Assembly (NCBI GenBank): GCA_964199315.1
Contig: OZ116698.1
Coordinates: forward strand, 23,994,001 to 24,058,000
From: Orbicella franksi
Taxonomy: Eukaryota
Length of the DNA: 64,000 nucleotides
Reading direction: 5' to 3'
Shown: positions 54,075 through 63,469 of the stretch, piece by piece
Position numbering within the stretch: position 1 is the stretch's first letter
Layout of the letters: every line of letters starts with the position of its first letter
Notes under the pieces: generated by a model
What the model was told of the DNA's origin: nothing
The model's input: the letters and a program-made list of their open reading frames with translations, nothing else
Databases searched by the model: none
Translations under genes and position numbers: made by a program

Positions 54075-54420
54075 AAAATAGCACTGAACTCAGCCGTGTC
54101 TTATCAGTACTAGGCTCGTACTCTATTCCACACGCACTAAAACATGTATTTTTTCAATAAAATTGCACTGAACTCAGCCTTGTCTTATCAGTGCTAGGCT
54201 CGTACTCTATTCGGCACACACTAAAACAAGTATTTTTTCAATGAAATTGCACTGAACTCAGTCTTGTCTTATAAGCATTAGTCTCGTACTCTATTCGACA
54301 CGCACCACTAATCTCGTACTAGAGGACCACCCTAATTAACTTAGTGCTAGCTTGGTAATATCCTCTGTAAATATTGTTTTATTACTATTATTATTACTCT
54401 ATTTGGCACGCACCAAAGCA
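54075..54420 (-). repeat. Right tandem array (inverse of the left array), 84-bp period, 3 good copies plus 1 degenerate
   Basis: GTACTCTATTC starts at 54118, 54202 and 54286, with a degenerate copy at ~54397. Confidence 0.9.
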
Positions 54421-55822
54421 TGTATTTCCTCTGGTTTTTCTCATATTACGTGACAATAGCAATGACCTTGTCACGCGCTCTGTTCACCAAGGTATTTCAC
54501 TTCAGTACATTTTACAAAAAAAACATTGTTTAAGTTTTCGTTAATTACTGCACATGGTTGATCTTTTTTCTAATATTTACTACTACTCACATCTCCGCAT
54601 GAGGACTTATTCTGATAATCGGCACACAACTTCGCTTCTCACTCATAGCTACTTATATTTTGGGAAGCAATGCAGTGTTGCGAGCGGTTGTTTTATACCT
54701 GTGTTTTAATTTTGTCTTTGGAATTTACAGTTTCCCACCATCAGAGAAGTTTCTCAGTTTAACATGCTAGTGATCTCCTGAAAGATTACTAAGTAACATT
54801 ACATCACAGATTATTTAACAGCGAATGAAGCACGCAAAACGCAAAGGTCACGACTATTACGTGCCAGGCGGCTTGGGGTCTGCCATGTGCTCTTGCATAA
54901 CTACATAATTTGACATAATTTATGCGTCGTACTCTTCTCGGAATGGTACTCTATTCGGCATTTTACGAGGCCCCCCATATCAGACTCCAACATGCAATAC
55001 GAGACCCCAACCTAGCATATCGGACCTCAACCTGCCATATCAGACCCCGATCATATCAGTCGGGTTTGACTGTTTTATGTGTCGGGTTTAACTTCATGTT
55101 AACTGTTGTGCCAAGTAATAGAGTAATTCTTCAGTAGTGTATTGAAATTATTATAAAATATGGCTATTACGAATAACGAACTGCAAGTTCACGGGAAGAG
55201 AAAGTCGCCATTGTTGCTACTTCCTTCCTAGCCTATAGACTTTACAGCATCGCGTTTCTTATTACCGTATTCTGGCACTATTTTTTAGCAAATATATAAA
55301 TTATAAATACTTTTAAAATATATTTTTGTAGCAAGCATCGGTCCCAAAACGTTCTAAGATAATTATATGTATCACTTTGATTCAAGTCACGCAACCAGCG
55401 TCTTGAAATTTTTGTTGACCTCAAAATTCCTTTGGTTATTAGCAGACTTCGCTGACAGATTGGTATAATGTCCGTCTCAGAAGTTATTATCCAATTGCTT
55501 CATGTAGTCACGCAATTCTCACACTCGCATATTACTCGTTTAATGTACCGAAGCTTTTCTATGCAATAAGGTAGACCGACGAGAAGTGTATAACACGTTT
55601 ATAAAGATCAAGCGTAAAGTGATTTTGTAGCATTTCTTTATTGGGATATTTGTATAATTTCACGCCCGAAATTTTTTATATAGTTATATTCATCGACAGC
55701 ACTGGAAGGCATCTTTCGCTATTTTCAAACACCGGTATATGTCGTATAGGTGAAAATAAGTCGTCTACTTGCAAACAGAGGGTATGAACCCCATTAAATG
55801 ACCAATTTATTCCACATAAATA

Positions 55823-56340
55823 CCTGATATTGTAGTCTCGCGCGAAAAGCGTGGGATGTGACATTTTCGGGGCCTGATATTGTAGTCTCACACGAAAAAC
55901 GTGGGGTCTGAGATTGTAGGTGTCATGTTAGGGGCCTGATATTGTAGTCTCGCGCGAAAAACGAGGGGTATGACATTGTCGGGGCTTGATATTGTAAGCT
56001 CGCACCAAAAGCGTGGGGTCTGAGATTGTAGGTGTCATGTTCGGGGCCTGATATTGTAGTCGCGCGCGAAAAACGTGATTGTCGGGGCCTGATATTGTAG
56101 TCTCGCACGAAAAGCGTGGGGTCTGAGATTGTAGGTGTCATGTTCGGGGCCTGATATTGTAGTCTCGCGCGAAAAACGTGGGATCTGGTATTGTCGGGGC
56201 CTGATGTTGTAATCTCGCACGAAAAGCGTGGGGTCTGACATTGTAATCTCGCACGAAAAGCGTGGGGTCTGATATTGTACTATCTTATTAAAGTGCGGTA
56301 TCGGATGTGGATGTTCAAGGCCTGATATTGTAGTTTCGCG
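55823..56340. repeat. Tandem repeat with alternating ~50-bp and 62-bp units (~112-bp higher-order repeat)
   Basis: C(C/T)TGATATTGTA starts at 55823, 55873, 55935, 55985, 56047, 56088, 56150 and 56200. Confidence 0.9.
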
Positions 56341-56510
56341 GGGAGGCTTGCCACCCAAGTAGTGTTGCTGGTGTTTGGGGCCTCTGATGTTTGAAATTTC
56401 TCGCTGAAGCCTGAGTCCTGCCAATGTGCGTTGTATTAAAAACACCCTGAACATGATTAGCGTGAGGAGGCTGAGGAGGGGGTTAAACGTCACGCATAGG
56501 GGGCTGAGCT

Positions 56511-56760
56511 GGAGGGTCTGAGGTGGAGGGTCTGAGGTGGAGGGTCTGAGGTGGAGGGTCTGAGGTGGAGGGTCTGAGGTGGAGGGTCTGAGGTGGAGGG
56601 TCTGAGGTGGAGGGTCTGAGGTGTGGGGTCTGAGGTGGGGGGCCTGGGGCCTGAGATGGGGGTCTGAGGTGGAGGGTCTGAGATGGGGGGGGGGCTGAGA
56701 TGGTGCCTTGAGATGGGGGCCTGAGATGGGGGGTCTGAGATGGGGGGCCTGAGATGGGGA
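56511..56760. repeat. G-rich 14-bp minisatellite (GGAGGGTCTGAGGT)8 decaying into GGGGGCCTGAGAT variants
   Basis: Eight perfect copies at 56511-56622, then degenerate units. Confidence 0.95.
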
Positions 56761-56971
56761 GAACGTTCCAAACCCTGATCGATTTGTGACTGAACGAGGA
56801 AAAGAAAAAGAAAAAAAGAGCCGAAATTTAAACCCAGGCCTCACTAGCTGGGTAAAAAGATAAGAAAAAAGAAGAGAATGAAACAGTCCTTTCAGATGAT
56901 ATGACTAAAGAGAAAATAATAGATTTGTAAAACTAGCTATTAAACCATATGAATAAATAAATATATTGAAT

Positions 56972-57527
56972 ATGTGTGATAAAGGGATTCACAATGAATT
57001 AGCTAAAACAGAAGTAATATGTGTATTTTGCAATAAACAAATTAATCAAAATAATGCTAAAAGAGATGATGCTTGCTGTGAAAATCAAAAGATTGAAAAT
57101 CTAAGTCATCAATATACTTGCATTAGTTGTGGTCGAGTTAATGGGTTTGAAATTGCTGAAGAGTACATTGATTTTCATGAAAACAGATATAGAATAATTA
57201 AAAAATCAATCTGTAATAGGAAATATCATCTGGATAATATCATTAATAATATTTATGAGAAAAATGGTTTGAGTACATCACAAGATAATCGATTTCGGAT
57301 ACATAAGATTTTTACAGAGATCGATAAAATACTACCTCGGATTAATGGAGCTAGAAAAAGAATGATTTCTATCTCGTCTTTTGAAAAAGATCTTAAAGTT
57401 GATGAAGTTGGATTCGAAAAAGATATAAATCAGTCAATCAAATAGGACTTTAGCCTTTTATGATCAGTATTTTAGAAAAATAGTGGAATTAATACGTGAT
57501 AAAATCAAATCTATCATTCGGAAGTAA
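56972..57527 (+). pseudogene. VLTF3 (poxvirus/NCLDV late transcription factor 3)-like protein
   Basis: N-terminal Cys pairs (CVFC, CC, CISCG), then RKYHLDNII and RKRMISIS. A frameshift near 57375 continues into LKKILKLMKLD...*..S.RTLAFYDQYFRKI. This parallels the VLTF3 pattern YKR..HF...RKNFLSYSYVL.K..ELL...LKS..KL..QD..W.KI as I recall it. Confidence 0.6.
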
Positions 57528-57882
57528 ATGTTTTATCATATGTTTTCTCATGATGATCAGTATTAATTAAGATGGAGATAAATCAACTATTATTTCACCT
57601 AAAACAAGTAGACCAAATCCCAAAATAGATCCAAAAACTATTGGGTTTAATGTTAAAGAGCCGGCTAAACTACCAATCGCTGTCAGAGTGACCCCGCCTA
57701 AATGACAAAATAGATGCATCCTTTTATATTATTTGTAAGCTTTCTCAAACAAAGTGTCTTTTATGATAGAATTTATACAAAGCTTTAAGCTCTGCAATCT
57801 CAGTATCTGATAAGGTTGGACTTACATGATTGAAATAAAATATTTTTCTTTTATCTTTCATATATATTATTATTATATTATA

Positions 57883-58707
57883 TCACTCAAAATATGTGCC
57901 TTTTGATTTTTCCGAAAATAAAATCTTATGAAATTCTTTACTGTTTAAATCACAAAGATTTTTAGTGACGCAAATTCTTTGCATTTTATAATGTACATCT
58001 ATTGAAAACATTTTTGTTGAATAACGATTTTGACTAAAATTATCAGTTGTTAGGATATCTGATATACCATCACAAAGACCTACTTTGATTAGATTAATTA
58101 ATTTACAGAACCAAATCATTTTATGTTCATCTCTGTACGCCGATAGTATGGTTTCAGGAATTTTGGTAGAATCTGTTTTTTCAATAGAAAATTTATTTTT
58201 GTAAATCCTAAGAGTAGGTTTGATATATGTGTCATCCAGTAAACCAATTTCATACCCTGTCGAATTAGTGAATTTACTGTCGTGCTTGAATGAAACAAAA
58301 AATGTATAATCTGTATTTTCAGTGAAGTTATCTAAATTTAAGTGACCTCCTTATATTTCAAAACCTTCTTTAGGGTCATAATCTTCTAATAATTTTTGGT
58401 TGTTTAATATCAATTTCCTATTAATTGTTTCAACAGCCGAACCTTGAGAATTACTCATTTGAAAACCGTCAGCATTCAAAATATCAAAATAATATTCAAA
58501 TATTTCCTCATAATAGCTTTGATTTTGTTTTTTGCCAATTACCTTGTAACAATATCTTTGCGGCTTTTACATGACTATAAAGCTGCTTGAAGTTAACTAG
58601 ACTACTATCATCAGACCCTTCTAAAACATTAACAATCTCCAGACCTTCCATATCAAGACCTTTCCTGAAGTGAATTTTATCATCTTGGCTCTCAAAGTAA
58701 TACAGTG
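57883..58707 (-). pseudogene. Remnant of a possible fibre/tail-like viral protein
   Basis: Frameshifted reading includes GLDMEGLEIVNVLEGSDDSSLVNFKQL, resembling the 'L.M....I.NL..P....DA.NK.Y' repeats of viral fibre-like proteins. Confidence 0.3.
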
Positions 58708-58797
58708 CATCATAAAGCTTCTATTGGGCATAAAATCATATAGTTGTTTAAAATTTTTTTTTTTTTCATCTTCTACATCATAATTGGGTATTTTCAT
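58708..58797 (-). pseudogene. 5' stub of the Polinton packaging ATPase (Walker A lost)
   Basis: MKIPNYDV...NFKQLYDFMPNRSFMM matches the leader that precedes the Walker A (F.ML..G.SGSGKT) of Polinton A32/FtsK-like ATPases as I recall them; the homology stops abruptly. Confidence 0.45.
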
Positions 58798-58899
58798 ATA
58801 TACAATTACGTTAGATAAATAAAGATAAGTGTTTTTTGGACACATATTTATAAAGATAAATGCTGTTTTAACAGATAAATAATTTAACATCTGGTTATA

Positions 58900-60389
58900 A
58901 TGGATACTGATAAAATTAGAAAATATGCAGATTCTGAATATGATAGCTATAAAATTGCCAAAGCTATGACTGAAGTGAAAAATGAAATCAAAGATAACGA
59001 ATCAGGGCGGGAAATTGTAATGAGTGATTACTTCAAGACATTACAAGAGCCATTGCTTGACCAACAAGGAAAAAATGATAAACAACAGGATCAACTAATT
59101 GAGCAATTGAAAGAAAACCAGAATACAATTGTTCAGGCCATATCATATAATCCTAAACAAGCAATCTCTCATGATGATAAAACATTACGAGATTAAGAAA
59201 ACATATATGAAGATGATGAAAAAGCTAAAGATGGAGATGAAGGTAAAAATGTAGATGAAGAAGAGGAAGAAAAACCAAGTACAAGTAAAACAAAAATGAC
59301 AGAAGTGAATTTAGATAAAGGTATTAATGAAGAATACAGAAATCTGATGAAAGAAAAAGGTTATGATTTGCCTTCAAAATTACTACAATCTCAGGCTGAT
59401 ATTTCTGAAATAATCAAAAGAGTTGAAAATAAAATAAATCGTGCGGGGAGATATATTAAAGATATTTCAACCCAAAAAGGCCTTCCATTAAAAAAACTGT
59501 CAAAAGTACAACAAACCACTTCTTTGTGTAATAAAACTGAACTACCATATTTCAAAGACTATTTATCAAGATTAGGGAGGCACGGTGTTCTCATGGTTAG
59601 TGCGTTCATCTCCGGATCGAGCGGTCCGGGTTCGAGCCCTGGCCGGGGACATTGTGTTGTGTTCTTGGGCAAGACACTTTACTCTCACAGTGCCTCTCTC
59701 CACCCAGGTGTATAAATGGGTACCGGCGAACTTAATGCTGGGGGTAACCCTGCGATGGACTAGCATCCCATCCAGGGGGGAGTAGAAATACTCCTAGTCG
59801 CTTCATGCTACAGAAACGGGGATAAGCTCCGGCCTGATGGGCCACTTGGCTCGTATGCAGACTTTACCATTTATCAAGATTAGAACATATCAAAGCAGCT
59901 TCTAAATATATGGGAGCTGAGGAGGTATTAGAAAATACAAACAAGCAAAGCGCAATGCTTACAAAATAAACAATAATCAATATGGAGGTTTATTAATTGA
60001 TATGAATGAATTAATGAATAGAATGAAACTTAACGCTTATCGAGGTGGTAAATTAGTTTATCAAGCTGATGCAAACAAATCACTAATTAATTTACTTAGT
60101 TACTAAAAGGTGCAACCCTAAAACAAAATACAGTATGAATGCTGTGAAGAACATGCCATCTCATAAATCATCAGGCAAAACATGAATGATTGGGTTGAGT
60201 GTGATGTATCATCAGGATCCCAAACAACTAACTGATCGTATGAAAATTATAATTGGTTCAATGATTGCTGGTAATAATTCGCCAGTCTTGAAAAATGATT
60301 TGTCTCAAATTAATGATGAATTATTAAAAATAGGAGCAATTGATAAATCACTGCATGAAAAATTGTATAATAAATATCTAACTAATTAA
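58900..60389 (+). pseudogene. Conserved Polinton ORF (PZ-like, C-terminal 'L.DR...I.GS..AGN..NDL..I.DEL' motif), interrupted by a SINE
   Basis: Broken reading across 58900-59196, 59296-59574 and 59884-60389, ending DPKQLTDRMKIIIGSMIAGNNSPVLKNDLSQINDELLKIG. The 'PZ' name is my inference. Confidence 0.6.
59575..59868 (+). mobile_element. Full-length tRNA-derived SINE with a 15-bp TSD
   Basis: Head with box A (tggttagtgcg) and box B (ggttcgagccc); TSD ATTTATCAAGATTAG at 59561-59575 and 59869-59883. Confidence 0.92.
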
Positions 60390-60764
60390 AATGCCTATGA
60401 AGTAAAAAATAATTGCTGCTTAGTTGAAAGGCTTTTCAAAGTAAAGAAGAATGGTGTTTTCCTTTTTGGAATATCTTTTTTCGTTTTAGAGATATTTAAT
60501 CTATGTAAAAGTCGTTTATAATAATTTAAAAGAAAAGGGATCAGAATAGGTAGGATGACAAACAGGACCATTAATTGGCAATAAGATTTACGACAAATTT
60601 AACAAACCCTCAAAAATAACTAATGAAACCAAAGGAGATAAGATTGTAAAACTTCTTCAAAAAGAAAATGCAAAACAGCATACTCAAAATACTGATAAAT
60701 ATCAGTATGTAAAAGTCGTTTATAATAATTTCCTTTTGTGATCATTTTTGTATAATCATATAAT

Positions 60765-62077
60765 ATGATGAACCGAAATTTTAGAAGTCCACAAATTGTT
60801 AAAAGATATGAATATTCATATTACGATCTTCAGACACCACTTAACAGTAACATTGGTGCCAATAATCGGCAAACTAAAGACAATTATTTATTTGTAGTTG
60901 ACAACGCTTCAGAAGCTAACCCTATTGATTGGTATAATAGTTATATCGAGGTCAATTTTAAAGTTCTTCAATTAGATTAAGCTCAGAATGCAGCTAGTAT
61001 TACTGCTGGAACAGGAAATGTTAATACTTTTTTAACATCAATGAATGGTCACACTTTTATCAGAGAAATGCAAGTTGAATGTAATGGTATTACTGTTTAT
61101 AATAATACAAGAGCTAGTACGTGAAAGTTCAAATGTTTTGTCACTTTTAAAGATGACTGAAGAATATCCGACTACCGTTGCCAAAGACAATTTATTTTAT
61201 TTAGATACGAACACAGGAATAGCAGAAGCTCAAACTGATCAAGCATCATGAAATAAAGGTTTTGCCACTCGCAAAATGCTGACTGACGCTGCTAATGAAA
61301 ATAAAATAAGTATTCCATTAAATATATATAGTTACTTTGCTGCTTTCAAAAATAATATACATCCAAATTTAAAAATGAGCATTTTTATTCGTTTACAAAA
61401 TGATAACAATATTATATTGAGATCAAATGCTGCCCCAGATTCAAAAGTGTTGATAACAAAGTTTCAAATATGGTGTCCTAAAATCATTTTTAATGGAGCT
61501 GGAATGAAAACATACAATGAATACTATATAAAACCTAAAGCTTGGAAGTATCTTAAAGAAGACCATGAAATATATTAAACTGCAGCTGTGAGTTCATTTT
61601 TCAGAGTCAGTACTAGTATTTGAAGGCCCAGGCATGTCTTTCTATGGGTCGTTCCAACAGCTTAATATAGTACAGTAATTAAGAACAGAACATTTTTACA
61701 TTTAAAACATTCTCCATTGGAGCAAACAGTAGGCATTTCAGCAAAGCCCAAATAGAAGTCAATAATTCAATATATACCCTCAACCAGAAATGACTTCAGA
61801 AGAAGAAAGTAGGTTATATAGAGCACTTATGAGCTATAATTCAGCTTACAATGACTTTCTTAGCAGAACACTTATCGACCATAGTAACTTCAGAAACCTA
61901 TTTGGAATAATACATTTTGATTTAAGGAATCAACAATCAGACATCAAGGATTCTGTTGCATCATTAACTTTTTGGCATGAGTTGAATGGAGCTAACATTA
62001 CGAATTACACACTCTTGTTCTCCATGAAAGATATTGAACTATACACAAGCAGCGGTTCACTACTTATCAAAGCATAA
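60765..62077 (+). pseudogene. Double-jelly-roll major capsid protein (hexon-like) of the Polinton
   Basis: About 430 codons of beta-rich sequence across stops and frameshifts: IDWYNSYIEVNFKV; FIREMQVECNG; ISIPLN.YSYF; RPRHVFLW; LFGIIHFDLRNQ. Size and position match a Polinton capsid gene. Confidence 0.65.
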
Positions 62078-62159
62078 ATTTGCCAATTATTGTATACATT
62101 CTTTAATTGAATATATTTTGCAATTACAAAAATAATATAATATTTATTATATACAAGAA

Positions 62160-62990
62160 ATAACACCTTATTATCCTCATAAAGTAAAATTAAGTAAAGG
62201 ACAATTAGAAAAGTTTTAAAAAGCTTAAAAAAACAATATCCCAATAAGTGTTCGACTTTATAACAATGAGTTGACTGGACCCAATCAACTAATGCTCACA
62301 AACACTCAAATAAATAAATAAAAAAAATCAATGGCAAATGGAACAGGCTAAGACATTAAAATAAGTAAAAGTCAGATTAGAAAAGCAGTGAAACAGGGCG
62401 GATATCTATGGTCTAATTTAATTTCGCTTGGAACAAAAATGCTTCCAATGGCAACGAATTTAGCTTCTAAAGTGCTTCCAGGTCTTGCTACTGGAGCTCT
62501 TGGATCAATTGGTAATTTCACAATGGATAAAATACTTGGCCAAGGTATTTCTCAAACAGGTGGTCTCCTTATATCTGATTCCAAAATACAGCAGTTAATT
62601 TAATATAAACATCTACTAACACAAGAACAAAAAAGGACATTTTAAATGCTCTTTAAACTGGAGGCACTCTTTATATCAAACCAACTCAAAAACAGATAAA
62701 TGGTGGCTTTCTCGTAGTTTTGAGTTCGGTTGGTATCCCCATTACCATCGATTTCCTTTAAAAAATGTTTGGAAAAGGCTTGAGTGTTCCTAACAGATCT
62801 TTTAGCAGTGGCAAAAATTCAGGTCAGGGTCTATCTGTTTCCCCAAGACCTAATATGCTACCATTTCAAAGTCCATCTGTATGTGGTGGATGGCAAAACA
62901 CAGTTGGATATGGTGTTGAAACCAAAAAAAAACCTCAGAAAGCTTCAGAATTGATTTTAGGCCCCAATTTCACCTCTAAAAGGAATACTG
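62160..62990 (+). pseudogene. Basic core / pX-pVI-like protein with GG(Y/F)L amphipathic segments
   Basis: VKLSKGQLEK; LMLTNTQINK; DIKISKSQIRKAVKQGGYLWSNLISLG..LP.A..LASKVLPGLATGALG; later GGFL. The start codon appears mutated to ATA. Confidence 0.6.
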
Positions 62991-63112
62991 CTTTATTGTA
63001 TTTCGATAGTTTTGGTATGCATTATAGTAACGAATTTCAAAACAGGGCTAAAAGAGATGGTATGAAGGTTATTTACAATAACAATCCTTACCAAAATATT
63101 AAAGCAGTCAGT
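62991..63112 (+). pseudogene. Internal fragment of an adenain-like cysteine protease
   Basis: LYFDSFG and YNNNPYQ motifs; the catalytic His and Cys segments are absent. Confidence 0.7.
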
Positions 63113-63468
63113 CATATTCAATCAAAACTAGGAGAACTGCATACGCGTACACTAGAAGGCAAAAAATACAATTATTGTGGCCCTGGAACTAAATTAGAAG
63201 AGAGATTGGCTTCCGACGATCCTAAATATAGAGATCCAATTAATAATCTTGATAGCATGTGCAAACAACCTGATAGTGATTATAGAATGCAACATCACTT
63301 GCCGACAAACACAAAGCAGATGATCTTATGCTTAAGAGAATATCAGAAATACCATATATGCAACGACCTTGGGGAACTACAGCTGTTCAAGCTATGATCG
63401 CCGGTAAAAGAAAGCTTGGAATTGGTGTTAAACAGAGCAAAAAGAAGCCAAAAAAAAAAAGGTAAAAA
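63113..63468 (+). pseudogene. Parvovirus VP1u-type phospholipase A2 domain protein
   Basis: YNYCGPGTKL...PINNLDSMCKQPDSDY matches the YxGPG and DxxAxxHDxxY motifs with His>Pro; frameshifted C-terminus ADKHKADDLMLKRI. Confidence 0.8.
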
Positions 63469-63469
63469 G

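Larger units (their letters stand above)
47389..54075 (+). pseudogene. Integrase/transposase of the Ginger-like element (H2C2 zinc finger plus DDE core), split by the LTR element and truncated
   Basis: IH....GCQVVGVNSL...SCPDCQ; FERLQADIIDM; KDCFSKFCWLFP. Removing the LTR element and one TACTA rejoins ...HHFFYY-DEGTPKYLQTDNGKEFIAEVI in frame. The third catalytic residue (the QG.VER region) is absent. Confidence 0.8.
45888..54966 (+). mobile_element. Ginger-like (retroviral-type integrase) DNA transposon, internally deleted, hosting a BEL/Pao insertion
   Basis: About 65-bp TIRs: gtaaaatgccgaatagagtaccat(g/t)ccgagaagagtacgacgcataaattatgtcaaattatgta from 45888 and its inverse ending at 54966. 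Inverted ~84-bp subterminal arrays and an internal integrase remnant. No target-site duplication recognised. Confidence 0.75.

Noticed and set aside
55923-56844. Pro/Ser-rich ORFs up to 269 aa
   Set aside because: Stop-free translations of the tandem repeats.
59575-59645. tRNA gene
   Set aside because: It is the tRNA-derived head of a SINE: no acceptor-stem closure, and it continues into the SINE body with TSDs.
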